Source of the DNA: an uncultured delta proteobacterium
GTDB lineage: Bacteria > Myxococcota_A > Polyangia > Palsa-1104
Assembly: GCA_963785725.1 (NCBI GenBank)
Contig: CAWAWS010000014.1
Span: 1 to 64,000, forward strand
Direction: 5' to 3'
Length of the DNA stretch: 64,000 nucleotides
The stretch's first letter is position 1. Each line of letters starts with the position of its first letter. Position numbers and translations under genes: made by a program. Below the pieces are notes generated by a model. That model ran no database searches. It saw only the letters and a list, made by a program, of their open reading frames with translations, and was not told where the DNA came from. Below are positions 31,831 to 40,802 of the stretch, piece by piece.

Positions 31831-31865
31831 AACGGCGGGGGCGAAAGCCTCCGCCGTTTTCTTTT
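31831..31865 (+). terminator. Rho-independent terminator
   Basis: AACGGCGGGGGC-GAAA-GCCTCCGCCGTT followed by TTCTTTT. Confidence 0.85.
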
Positions 31866-31952
31866 GCGCGCGCTGCGACGGCGCAACCCGAACAATCGCG
31901 ACCGGGCGGGTGTTTACGAAGCGCCGCCTGCGCCGCGCACGCAGATTCGACC

Positions 31953-31978
31953 GGAACCGGTCCGAAGTTGCGGCGTAA
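31953..31978 (+). promoter_or_regulatory. Candidate ECF-sigma promoter for the bufferin-like operon
   Basis: GGAAC-N16-CGTAA about 40 nt upstream of the precursor ATG. Confidence 0.45.
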
Positions 31979-32020
31979 ACGTACCGAGAGTTAACATTGC
32001 GCCCCACTAGGAGGGGATTT

Positions 32021-32275
32021 ATGACCATCAAGGGAGCTGTCGTCGCGTCTGCAGTTGCTGGTATGTTCGCCGCCGCCGTGCCCGCCGTCGCTCACGCGAA
32101 GGATGCCGGCAAGGTCAAGTGCTCGGGCACCAACAGCTGCAAGGGCAAGGGCGCCTGCAAGAGCGCCGCGAGCTCGTGTAAGGGTATGAACGAGTGCAAG
32201 GGCAAGGGCTGGAACGAAATGTCCTCCGCCGATTGCACGAAGAAGGGCGGCACCGTCGTCACCGACGCGAAGTAA
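32021..32275 (+). CDS. bufA2: Bufferin-type (BufA2-like) RiPP precursor with signal peptide and 6 Cys
   Basis: Sec signal ending AVAHA; CSGTNSCKGKGAC...SCKGMNECKGKG...CTKKGG; directly upstream of DUF692; RBS GGAGG. Confidence 0.85.
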   Translation: MTIKGAVVASAVAGMFAAAVPAVAHAKDAGKVKCSGTNSCKGKGACKSAASSCKGMNECKGKGWNEMSSADCTKKGGTVVTDAK

Positions 32276-32283
32276 ATGCTGAT

Positions 32284-32324
32284 GCCGTCAGCCGCGCGCG
32301 GCTCGGTCGTGGGCGGCTGACGGC
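32284..32324 (+). terminator. 12-bp stem-loop between precursor and MNIO (mRNA stabiliser or leaky terminator)
   Basis: GCCGTCAGCCGC ... GCGGCTGACGGC, followed by only CGTTTC. Confidence 0.55.
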
Positions 32325-32343
32325 CGTTTCACCCAAATAAACC

Positions 32344-33183
32344 ATGCTGAATCTCCCCTATATCGGCCACGGCCTCGGGTTGCGGACGCCGCATTACACG
32401 ACGATCGTCGACGACAAGCCGGCGGTGGATTGGTTCGAGGTCATCAGCGAGAACTTCATGGTCGCCGGTGGCAATCCTCGCCGCGTCCTGCGTGCGGTAC
32501 GCGAGAATCATCCGGTCGTGCTGCACGGCGTGTCGCTGTCGATCGGCTCGGTCGATCCGCTCGATGCGCGCTATCTCGACGAGCTGGCGCAGCTGGCGCA
32601 CGAAGTCGAGCCGGCGTGGGTGTCCGATCATTTGTGCTGGACCCGCGTCGGCGGCCACCAATCGCACGACCTCTTGCCGCTGCCGTACACGGAAGAGGCG
32701 CTGGCGCACGTCGCCGATCGCATCTTGCGCGTCCAGGACAAGCTCAAGCGCCAGATCTTGATCGAGAACGTCTCCAGTTACGTCACTTTTACGCAAAGTA
32801 CGATGACCGAGTGGGAGTTCTGCGCGGCGCTGGTCGAGCGCGCCGATTGCGGCCTCTTGCTCGACGTCAACAACGTCTTCGTCAGCGCCTTCAATCACGG
32901 CTTCGACGCGCGCGACTTCATCGACGGCATTCCGCGCGGCCGCGTCGGCCAAGTCCACCTCGCGGGCCACTCCGACTGCGGCACGCACCTGCTCGACACG
33001 CACGATCACGCGGTCTGCGACGGCGTGTGGCAGCTCTACCGCCGCGTGCTCGAGCGCTTCGGCCGCGTGTCGACGCTCGTCGAGTGGGACGATTCGATTC
33101 CGCCGTTCGCCGAGCTGCAGGCCGAGTCGAAGAAGGCGGCCGAGCTCGAACGCCAAGTCTTGGGTGACGTCGTTGCTGCGTGA
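32344..33183 (+). CDS. bufB: Multinuclear non-heme iron oxidase (MNIO, DUF692; BufB/MbnB-like)
   Basis: GLGLR.PH, FEVISENF, HGVSLSIG, SDHLCW, IENVSSY, LLDVNN, HLAGH, DTH, EWD. Confidence 0.95.
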   Translation: MLNLPYIGHGLGLRTPHYTTIVDDKPAVDWFEVISENFMVAGGNPRRVLRAVRENHPVVLHGVSLSIGSVDPLDARYLDELAQLAHEVEPAWVSDHLCWTRVGGHQSHDLLPLPYTEEALAHVADRILRVQDKLKRQILIENVSSYVTFTQSTMTEWEFCAALVERADCGLLLDVNNVFVSAFNHGFDARDFIDGIPRGRVGQVHLAGHSDCGTHLLDTHDHAVCDGVWQLYRRVLERFGRVSTLVEWDDSIPPFAELQAESKKAAELERQVLGDVVAA

Positions 33184-34090
33184 GACCGAGCAGCTGTTCT
33201 GGAAGCTGATCAGCGCGCCCGAAGGCGTCGCGTCGGCTTTGCGTCAAGATGACAATAAGTCGCTCGTGCTCGGCGACGTCTTGCGCGGCGACGAGCGGCT
33301 CGATGCGGTCGAGCGGCTCGACATTTACGCCAACATGTACTTCTACCGGCTGCTCGACATCTTGCGCGCCGATTACGAGGCGGTGTTGGCGGCGGTCGGC
33401 GACACGGCCTTTCACAACCTCGTCACCGACTATCTGCTCGTGTGTCCGTCGCAGCATCCGTCGGTGCGCAACGTCGGGCAGCGCCTGCCGCAGTTCCTCG
33501 ACGGTCACGCGCTCGGCATCGAGCGGCCGTGGCTGGGCGAATTGGCGCGGCTCGAGCGCGCGCGGCTCGAAGTGTTCGACGGGCCCGACGCCGAGACGCT
33601 CGTGCTCGACGAGCTGCGCACGTTGGCGCCGGAAGCGTTCGTCACGCTGAAGCTGCCGCTCATTCCCAACCGAATTCGCGTAGAAGCGACCCACGCCGTC
33701 GACGACTTCTGGCGCGCCGTCGAAGCCCGAACGTCGGCGAGCAGTGAAGATGGCGCGTCGGCGAGCGGTGAAGATGGCGCCGTCGCGAGCGGTGAAGATG
33801 GCGCGTCGGCGAGCGGTGAAGATGGCGCGTCGGCGAGCAGGGAAGTCGCGCTGACCGCACCCACCGCCGAGGCGCGCGTCATGCTCGTCTGGCGTCACGA
33901 GCTGCTCGTATTTCACCGACCGCTCGAGCCGCTCGAGGATGCGGCGCTGGCGCGCGCCGCCGCCGGCGCGACGTTCGGCGCCGTGTGCGATCTCGTCAGC
34001 GAGCACATGTCGATGGAAGAGGCCGGCCCCTTCGCGTTCCAGCTGCTCGCGCGTTGGGTGCAAGACGGCCTGATCGCGCGCTCGCCGTAG
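33164..34090 (+). CDS. bufC: DUF2063 MNIO partner protein (BufC/HvfC-like)
   Basis: ERLDIYANMYFYRL, ELARLERA, LVWR; overlaps the DUF692 gene. Confidence 0.9.
   Translation: MTSLLRETEQLFWKLISAPEGVASALRQDDNKSLVLGDVLRGDERLDAVERLDIYANMYFYRLLDILRADYEAVLAAVGDTAFHNLVTDYLLVCPSQHPSVRNVGQRLPQFLDGHALGIERPWLGELARLERARLEVFDGPDAETLVLDELRTLAPEAFVTLKLPLIPNRIRVEATHAVDDFWRAVEARTSASSEDGASASGEDGAVASGEDGASASGEDGASASREVALTAPTAEARVMLVWRHELLVFHRPLEPLEDAALARAAAGATFGAVCDLVSEHMSMEEAGPFAFQLLARWVQDGLIARSP
33731..33839 (+). repeat. 24-bp coding tandem repeat, about 4.5 copies (ASASGEDG)
   Basis: GCGTCGGCGAGCGGTGAAGATGGC units within the DUF2063 gene. Confidence 0.9.
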
Positions 34091-34112
34091 TTACGTCGTT
34101 CGGACAATAAGT
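34088..34112. promoter_or_regulatory. NrtR operator candidate 1 (upstream of nrtR)
   Basis: TAGTTACGT-N7-ACAATAAGT; right half identical to the perfect site at 34954. Confidence 0.65.
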
Positions 34113-34220
34113 CGCCGACAAATTCGGCGAACGTGCACGGCCGTCGTCGTGACGGCGTTTCGCACGATCCGTTGCCGGCGATTGCGGATTTCTCGCGTGA
34201 CCTGTGCGAGCATACACGCG

Positions 34221-34949
34221 ATGGATCCGACAGAATCGGGACCGAGATCACGTCAGAATGACGGAACCGAGCGCGTCGTCGCCGGTTACCAGCGCGGCCG
34301 CGGCGAGGCGCACGGGGCGCGCGGCTCGCGCGAGGCGATGGGTGTGGCCGTCGATCTGGCCATTTTCACCGTGCAGGAGCAGCGGCTCGAGCTGCTGCTC
34401 ATTCGCATGAAGCGCGAGCCCTTCACCGGCAAGTGGGCGCTGCCGGGCGGCCGCATTCGCGGCAACGAGACCGTCGAAGCGGCGGCCGAGCGCGAGCTGC
34501 GCGAGAAGACCGGCCTGCGCGACGTCTACTTGGAGCAGCTGTATACGTTCTCGGAGCCGTTCCGCGATCCCGACGCGCGCTGCATCTCCGTCGGACACAT
34601 GGCGCTCATTCGCGGCGACGTGCAGCTGTCGACGACCGACAAATACACGGGAATCGGCTGGTTTCCGCTGGCCAAGCTGCCGCCGCTGGCCTTCGATCAC
34701 GAGCAGATCGCCAAGTATGCGGCCAAGCGCCTGCGCGCCAAGCTGGAGTACACCGACGTGGCGCGCAATCTCTTGGAGAAGACGTTCACGCTCGGCGAGC
34801 TGCAGCGGCTGTACGAGACGATCTTGGGCACGAAGCTCGACGCCCGTAACTTCCAGCGGCGCGCGCAAGCGATCGGGCTCGTCAAGGATACCGGGCGCGT
34901 GCGGCGCGGGCAGGCCTATCGACCGGCGCGCCTCTTCCGGTTCGCTTGA
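34221..34949 (+). CDS. nrtR: NrtR-type Nudix + wHTH transcriptional regulator
   Basis: VAVDLAIF, WALPGG..RGNETVEAAAERELREKTG, LEQLYTF, LAFDH, FTLGELQRLYE, RNFQR, RPARLF; start may be 34338. Confidence 0.9.
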   Translation: MDPTESGPRSRQNDGTERVVAGYQRGRGEAHGARGSREAMGVAVDLAIFTVQEQRLELLLIRMKREPFTGKWALPGGRIRGNETVEAAAERELREKTGLRDVYLEQLYTFSEPFRDPDARCISVGHMALIRGDVQLSTTDKYTGIGWFPLAKLPPLAFDHEQIAKYAAKRLRAKLEYTDVARNLLEKTFTLGELQRLYETILGTKLDARNFQRRAQAIGLVKDTGRVRRGQAYRPARLFRFA

Positions 34950-34953
34950 CGAT

Positions 34954-34978
34954 ACTTATTGTCACTCTTACAATAAGT
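34954..34978. promoter_or_regulatory. NrtR operator candidate 2 (perfect palindrome upstream of pncA)
   Basis: ACTTATTGT-CACTCTT-ACAATAAGT, with the GT-N7-AC core typical of NrtR boxes. Confidence 0.85.
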
Positions 34979-34994
34979 CGCACGAGGTAACAGC

Positions 34995-35570
34995 ATGCGG
35001 ATCGACTCGCACAGCGACGCCCTGATCATCGTGGATCTGCAGCCGGACTTCATGCCCGGCGGCGCGCTGGCCGTGGCCGAAGGCGATCGCGTGGCCGCGC
35101 CAATCGCCCAGCTGGCGCGCCGTTTCTCGACGGTGATCGCGACGCAGGACTGGCATCCGGCGGGGCACGTGTCGTTCGTCGAGCGCGGCGGGCCGTGGCC
35201 GATTCACTGCCGCGCCGGCAGCCCGGGCGCGGCCTTGCACGAGCTGCTGCCGGACGAGCTGGTTACGTCAATTCTACGTAAAGGTACGCGCCTCGACGTC
35301 GACTCTTACAGCGCGTTCGCCGAGAACGACGGCGCCAGCACCGGCCTGGGCGCGTTCTTGCGCGCGCGCGGCGTCTCGCGCGTGTTCGTGTGCGGCTTGG
35401 CGCGCGACTTCTGCGTGCGCGCGACGGCCGTCGACGGCGCTGCCGAAAAGCTCGAGGTCTACGTGCTCGACGACCTGACGCGCGCCGTCGACCCGGCCTC
35501 ACGCGCGCGCGTCGACGCCGAGCTGACGAGCCACGGGGTGCGCGTCATCGACAGCGGCGTGCTGCAGTGA
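34995..35570 (+). CDS. pncA: Nicotinamidase/pyrazinamidase
   Basis: VDLQPDFMPGGAL, QDWHPAGH, WPIHC, RKG, DSYSAF, GLARDFCV. Confidence 0.95.
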   Translation: MRIDSHSDALIIVDLQPDFMPGGALAVAEGDRVAAPIAQLARRFSTVIATQDWHPAGHVSFVERGGPWPIHCRAGSPGAALHELLPDELVTSILRKGTRLDVDSYSAFAENDGASTGLGAFLRARGVSRVFVCGLARDFCVRATAVDGAAEKLEVYVLDDLTRAVDPASRARVDAELTSHGVRVIDSGVLQ

Positions 35571-35679
35571 GCGCGCGGTCGACGGTCAGCCTGCGCGACG
35601 ACGCGCGAGCTCTTACGGCGCCGCGCGTTTGCGGCGGGTTTTCTATGGGTACAGGCACAGGTAACGGCGCGGAGACGAC

Positions 35680-37101
35680 ATGAGCTTGGATACGTTGACG
35701 GTCGATGCCTATCAGCTGACGACGCTCATCGCGCATGCCGACGCCGGGCGGGCGGCGGCCTTGGTCGAGATGGCGTTCTTCTTCCGTAAGATGCCGCGCC
35801 ACCGTAACTTCGTGCTCTTTTGCGGGCTGCGCTCGCTGCTCGAGCATGCGGCGGCGATGCAGCTCGACGACGGCGACCTGCAGGCGCTGCTCGACGATCC
35901 GCTGATCGGCCCGCCGTTGCGTGAGCGGCCGCAACTGTTGGCGCAGCTGCGCGCGCTCGACGGCTTCGCAGGCGAGATCGACGCCATCCCCGAAGGCACG
36001 CCGGCGTTCGCGGGCCCGTCGCTGCGCAGCGACGGCCAGCCGTTTCTCGTCGGGGAGACGCGCATCGGGATTTATACGCCGCTGTTGCAGGTGCGGACGG
36101 ATCTCTTGCGCGCGAAGCTGATCGAGACGCCGTGGCTCGGGCGCATCAATCACATGAGCATGGTGGCGTCGAAGGCGGCGCGCATCGTGCTGGCGGCGGC
36201 GGGCAAGCCGGTGCTCGAGTTCGGCGCGCGGCGCACGCATCCGGCCGCCGCCGTCGACGCCACCTATTCCGCGTATCTGGCGGGCTGCGCCGCGTCGTCG
36301 AACCTGGCGGCGCTGCGCCGCTACGGCGTGCCGGTGCAGGGCACGATGGACCATTTTTACGTGCAGTCGTCGGAGCACGTCGGCGAGCAGTGGCCGGACA
36401 GCGAGCGCGAGGCGTTCGCGCGCTTCTTCAGCGTTTTCCCGCGCAACTCGACGATGCTCGTCGACACTTACGAGACCGAGCTCGGCATTCGTCACGCCGT
36501 CGAGGCGACGGGCGGCAAGCTGACCGGCGTGCGCCTCGACTCCAACGTCACGCCGGCGACGGTGGCGCGCGCGCGCCAGCTGCTCGCCGAGCTCGGCGCG
36601 CCGCAGGCGAAGATCATCGTCAGCGACGGGCTCGACGAGGAGCGCGTGGCTGGGCTCAGCAGCGGCGTCGACGGCTTCGGCGTGGGCGAGAACATCACCT
36701 GCTCGCCCGACGCGGCCGCGGGCGTCGGCGCGGTCGCCAAGCTCACCGTCAACGGCTACGGAAAGCTGACGATGAAGCTGGCGCGCGGCACGGGAAAAGC
36801 GACACTTCCCGGCCGCTTGCAAGTCTACCGCTTCAGCGATCACGATCTGGTGGCGCTCGCCGATGAGGCGGTTCCGTCGGGCGGGCGGGCGCTCTTGCAG
36901 CCGGTGTGGCGCGGTCGTCAGGCGCTGCCGCAGCCGAAGCTGCCGGCGAGCCGCGAGTACGCGCAGGCCGAGATCGCCGCGCTGCCGGCGCCGTTGCGCG
37001 CGCTGGCGACGCCGGCGCCGGGCGCCGCGCCGCTGTGGCCGCTCGTCGCCAGCGACGGCTTGGCCGCGCAAGTCGAGCGCTTCATGACCGCGACGGTATG
37101 A
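35680..37101 (+). CDS. pncB: Nicotinate phosphoribosyltransferase
   Basis: DAYQLT, FFRKMP, EFGARRTH, GTMDH, LVDTY, GVRLDS, FGVG. Confidence 0.9.
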   Translation: MSLDTLTVDAYQLTTLIAHADAGRAAALVEMAFFFRKMPRHRNFVLFCGLRSLLEHAAAMQLDDGDLQALLDDPLIGPPLRERPQLLAQLRALDGFAGEIDAIPEGTPAFAGPSLRSDGQPFLVGETRIGIYTPLLQVRTDLLRAKLIETPWLGRINHMSMVASKAARIVLAAAGKPVLEFGARRTHPAAAVDATYSAYLAGCAASSNLAALRRYGVPVQGTMDHFYVQSSEHVGEQWPDSEREAFARFFSVFPRNSTMLVDTYETELGIRHAVEATGGKLTGVRLDSNVTPATVARARQLLAELGAPQAKIIVSDGLDEERVAGLSSGVDGFGVGENITCSPDAAAGVGAVAKLTVNGYGKLTMKLARGTGKATLPGRLQVYRFSDHDLVALADEAVPSGGRALLQPVWRGRQALPQPKLPASREYAQAEIAALPAPLRALATPAPGAAPLWPLVASDGLAAQVERFMTATV

Positions 37102-37121
37102 GGATGGACGAGCGTCTGAAA

Positions 37122-37146
37122 TGGTTACGTCATATGTACAATAAGT
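37122..37146. promoter_or_regulatory. NrtR operator candidate 3 (upstream of nadE)
   Basis: TGGTTACGT-CATATGT-ACAATAAGT. Confidence 0.7.
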
Positions 37147-37156
37147 CGAGGCAGCG

Positions 37157-39043
37157 ATGAGGCTCATCCGAATCGCGCTGGGCAACGTCAACACCACCGT
37201 CGGCGCCGTGCGGTCGAACGTCGATCGCGCCGTCGAGCTCGCGCACGCCGCGGCCAAGGACAACGCGACGCTGGTGGCGTTCCCCGAGCAGCTCGTCTCC
37301 GGCTACGCGCCCGAGGATTTGGTGCAGTGGCGCAGCTTCGTCGACGCGCAGTGGGTCGAGCTCGAGCGCTTCGCGGCGGCGACGAAGGCGCTCGGCTGCG
37401 TGCTCGTGCCGGGCGTGACCGTGGCGCGCGGCGACGGCGTCTACAACTGCGCCGCGCTCGTGCATCGCGGCCGCATCTACGGCTTGGTGCCGAAGGAAAA
37501 GCTGCCCACCTACAACGTCTTTTACGAGGGGCGCACGTTCTCGCGCGGCGTTCCCGGCCTGCACGACCAACTGCACGGCGTCCCGTTCGGCGATCTCGTG
37601 TTCGACCTCGACTTCGGCTGCCTCGCGCTCGAGGTGTGCGAGGACATCTGGTCGCCCGACGGTCCGATGCGCCGGCGCTGCTACGCGGGCGCCGAGCTCG
37701 TCGTCAACATCAGCGCGTCGCCGTACCGACTCGGCGTCTACGACACGCGGCGCGAGATGATCTCGACCCGCGCCGGCGACAACCAATGCGTCGTCGCCTA
37801 CGCGACGCTCGTCGGCGCCAACGACGGGCTCATCTTCGACGGCGGCGGCTTCATCGCGCAGAACGGCCGGCTCGTGCACTCGGCGCCGCGCTTCGTCGAA
37901 GGCATCACGGCGGCGACGGTCGATCTCGATCGCACGGCGCGGCTGCGGCGCGAGATCACGACCTGGCGCACCGATCAGGCGACGTTCGCGGCCAGCGCGC
38001 CGGCGATACTTCATGTCAAAGTGACGGAACCAACGAGCGGCCGCGAGGCGCTGCGTTATCCGGCGCCGCCGCAGCAGAGCTTCTTCCTGCCTGCACCCGA
38101 TCAGCCGCGCTCGCGTCGCGCCGAGTTCTGCAACGAGCTGCTCGACGCGCTGGCGCTGGGCGTCGGCGACTACTTCGAGAAGACCGGCGGCGTTCAAGAC
38201 GATCGGCGTGGCGCTGTCGGGTGGGCGCGACTCGCTGCTCGTGCTCATCATCGCGCATCGCTGGGCGCGTGCGCAGCGGGCGCGAAGCCGCGCGACGTCC
38301 TGCGCGCGTTCTTCATGCCGTCGCGCTTCTCGTCGGCGGAGACGCGCTTGGCGGCGGAGGTGGCGGCGCGCGAGCTCGACGTGCCGCTGCAGATCGTGGC
38401 TGTCGACGAGTCGTTCGCGCAGGAGCTGGCCGCCGTCGAGCAGATGCTGCAGCCGGGCGAGAAGCTGACGCCGATGGCGCGGCAGAACGCTGCAGGCGCG
38501 CGTGCGCGCCGAGCGCATGTGGAATTGGTCGAACTGCGCGGCCGGGCTGTTCTTGCAGACGCGCAACATGAGCGAGAAGGCGGTCGGCTACACGCACCAT
38601 CGGCGGCGACGGCGAGGGCGCGCTGGCGGTGATCGCGAACCTGCCGAAGACGGTCGTCAACTACCTGCTCGACTATCTTGTACGAAGACATAACTGGGAA
38701 GGCATTCGACTGACGCTGGTCAAGCCCGCTTCGGCCGAGCTCGCGGACGACATGGAGGACGAGAAGGATCTGATGCCGTTCCCCGTGCTCGACGCCTGCT
38801 TCGCGCTCTACGCCGGCGAGAAGATGGCGCCCGAGCGAGGTGGAGATGGCGCTCGTGGCGATGTTCCCCGAGCACGCGCCGGAGACGCTGCGCGCGTGGA
38901 CGACGAAGTTCGCGCGGCTGTTCACGCAGTCGATTTACAAGTGGGTGCAGGCGCCGCTGTCGCTGCACGTCGGCAACCTCGACCTCGATCGCGAGCGCGC
39001 GCTGCAGCTGCCGGTCGTGCAGCGCACGGAGTGGCAGAAGTAG
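37157..39043 (+). CDS. nadE: Glutamine-dependent NAD+ synthetase with about 5 frameshifts (probably sequencing errors)
   Basis: Nitrilase domain FPEQ / PKEKLP / VCEDIW; ALSGGRDS, MPSRFSS, RAERMW, NMSEKAVGY, PKT, PASAEL pieces lie in alternating frames between ~38190 and ~38840. Confidence 0.9.
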
Positions 39044-39140
39044 GCTTTTACGTAGGTTGTCGCTATCGCGTCGCCGAATGTGCCAGAAATTGTCGGGGAT
39101 CGCACGGTCGCCGTGGATGTGGCGTGGCACAGTACGGGAA

Positions 39141-39731
39141 ATGTCGGAACTGTTCCGTGCCCGCGCGGGCGTCGTGCACTCGCTCATGAACGTGCTGAAC
39201 AAGCAGCCGACGGAGAAGACGCAACAGCTGCTGACGAAGCTGAGCGGCGGGCCTGTCGACAAGATTGTGCGCCTGCCCGGAATCGGCTGGGTCGACGAGG
39301 CCGACTTCATGGGCATCATCGACGTCTGCCATCGCGAGCTCGGCGATATCGAATATTCGCGCGTCATTCACGCGGCCAGCATGGTGATGTTGAAGACCGG
39401 CATCGTGCGCGCGGCGCGGGCGGCGTCGGATGTGTTCGTCAAAGCCAGCGTCGGCGGCTACGCGCGCTGGACACCGCGCATCTGGAACCTCTGTTTCCAA
39501 GGGCTGCAGCTCGAATATGTCGATCGCACGGACGATACGATCCGCATGCATCTGAAGCAGCCGCCGGCGGGGAGGTTCACGCGGTCGATCGTGCTCGGCG
39601 CGGCGGGGATCGTGCAGTCGGTGTTTACGCTGGCGAAAAAGCCGGGCACGGTGACGCCGGCGCCGTTCCGCGAGCGCGACGAGCGCGTCGTCCTGCTGCT
39701 GCAGAAGGAATCGATCGCGCGCAGCGCGTGA
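39141..39731 (+). CDS. Myxobacterial hypothetical protein (DUF2378/TIGR02265-like)
   Basis: Same architecture as 53034..53621 (W[VI], PxxW); start chosen at MSELFRAR. Confidence 0.55.
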   Translation: MSELFRARAGVVHSLMNVLNKQPTEKTQQLLTKLSGGPVDKIVRLPGIGWVDEADFMGIIDVCHRELGDIEYSRVIHAASMVMLKTGIVRAARAASDVFVKASVGGYARWTPRIWNLCFQGLQLEYVDRTDDTIRMHLKQPPAGRFTRSIVLGAAGIVQSVFTLAKKPGTVTPAPFRERDERVVLLLQKESIARSA

Positions 39732-39749
39732 AAACCGCGGATTAATCGG

Positions 39750-40715
39750 TTAGTACGGGTTGCGAACCCAGCGGTGCGGGCGGAGCGCGGCCAGCGTCTC
39801 GGGCGATAGCGGGCCTTCGTCGCCGACGGCGGTGTTCTCGTCGACTTGCGCCGCCGAGCGCATGCCCGGGATGACCGTCGTGACGGCCGGGCTCGATAGG
39901 CAGTAGCGAAGCGCGCCGCGCGCCATCGTCTGGGCCGCGCCTTCGACGATCGGCCGCATCGCCTCGACGCGGCGCACGGTCTCGCCGAGCAGCTTGCCGC
40001 CGAAATATTGCGCGCGGAAATCGCCGGCGGGAAACGTGGTGTCATCGCGCAGCTTGCCGGTGAGGCTGCCTTCGTCGAACGGGACGCGCGCCAAGACGCC
40101 GACGCCGTGCTCGACGCAGGCCGGGAAGAGCTCGTCCTCGGGCGACTGATCGAAGATGTTGTGGAAGACCTGCAGCGCGTCGACGCGGCCCGATTTGACG
40201 ACGCGCACGGCCGATCTCGGGTCATGCGAGTTGATGGAGATGCCGATGAGCCCGATCTTGCCCGCCTGGCGCAGCTTGTCGACGGCGCCGAACCACTCGT
40301 CGTCGTCGGTCCAAGCGTCGGCCCACACGTGCAGCTGTAGGAGCTCGATGCGCTCGAGGCCGAGGTTGGCGAGGCTCTTGTCGGTGCACTCGACGATCCA
40401 CGCCGCCGGGAAGAAGTCGCGCAGCGGCGAGCCCGGTTTCGCCGGCCATTGATAGGATTTCGGCGGCACTTTGGTGGCGACGTGCAGCCGGTCTTTGTGC
40501 GCGCGCGCGAATTCGCCGACGAGCTTTTCCGAGTGGCCGTCGCCGTAAACGAGCGCGGTGTCGACGAAGTTGACGCCGTGATCGAAGGCGCGGGCGAGCG
40601 CCGAGCGCGCGTCGTCGTCGCGGCGACCACCCCACATGCCGCCGCCGATGGCCCACGAGCCGAAGCCGACGACGGAGATTTCGGGACCGTTCTTGCCGAG
40701 CTTGCGATAGCGCAT
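39750..40715 (-). CDS. Aldo/keto reductase
   Basis: MRYRKLG, GFGSWAIGG, GVNFVDTALVYGDGHSE, VATKV, VIPGMRS. Confidence 0.95.
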   Translation of the reverse strand: MRYRKLGKNGPEISVVGFGSWAIGGGMWGGRRDDDARSALARAFDHGVNFVDTALVYGDGHSEKLVGEFARAHKDRLHVATKVPPKSYQWPAKPGSPLRDFFPAAWIVECTDKSLANLGLERIELLQLHVWADAWTDDDEWFGAVDKLRQAGKIGLIGISINSHDPRSAVRVVKSGRVDALQVFHNIFDQSPEDELFPACVEHGVGVLARVPFDEGSLTGKLRDDTTFPAGDFRAQYFGGKLLGETVRRVEAMRPIVEGAAQTMARGALRYCLSSPAVTTVIPGMRSAAQVDENTAVGDEGPLSPETLAALRPHRWVRNPY

Positions 40716-40802
40716 GCCGACAGCTAATCGCGATTCGGGCGCACACGCAATCGCGCGCGAAACGAAATTCAAATCGCGTAATAACCGGTTTATTGTGCGC
40801 GC

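Noticed and set aside
37157..39043. Programmed frameshifting or true pseudogenisation of nadE
   Set aside because: Five scattered indels without slippery motifs, intact catalytic residues, and evidence of nanopore origin
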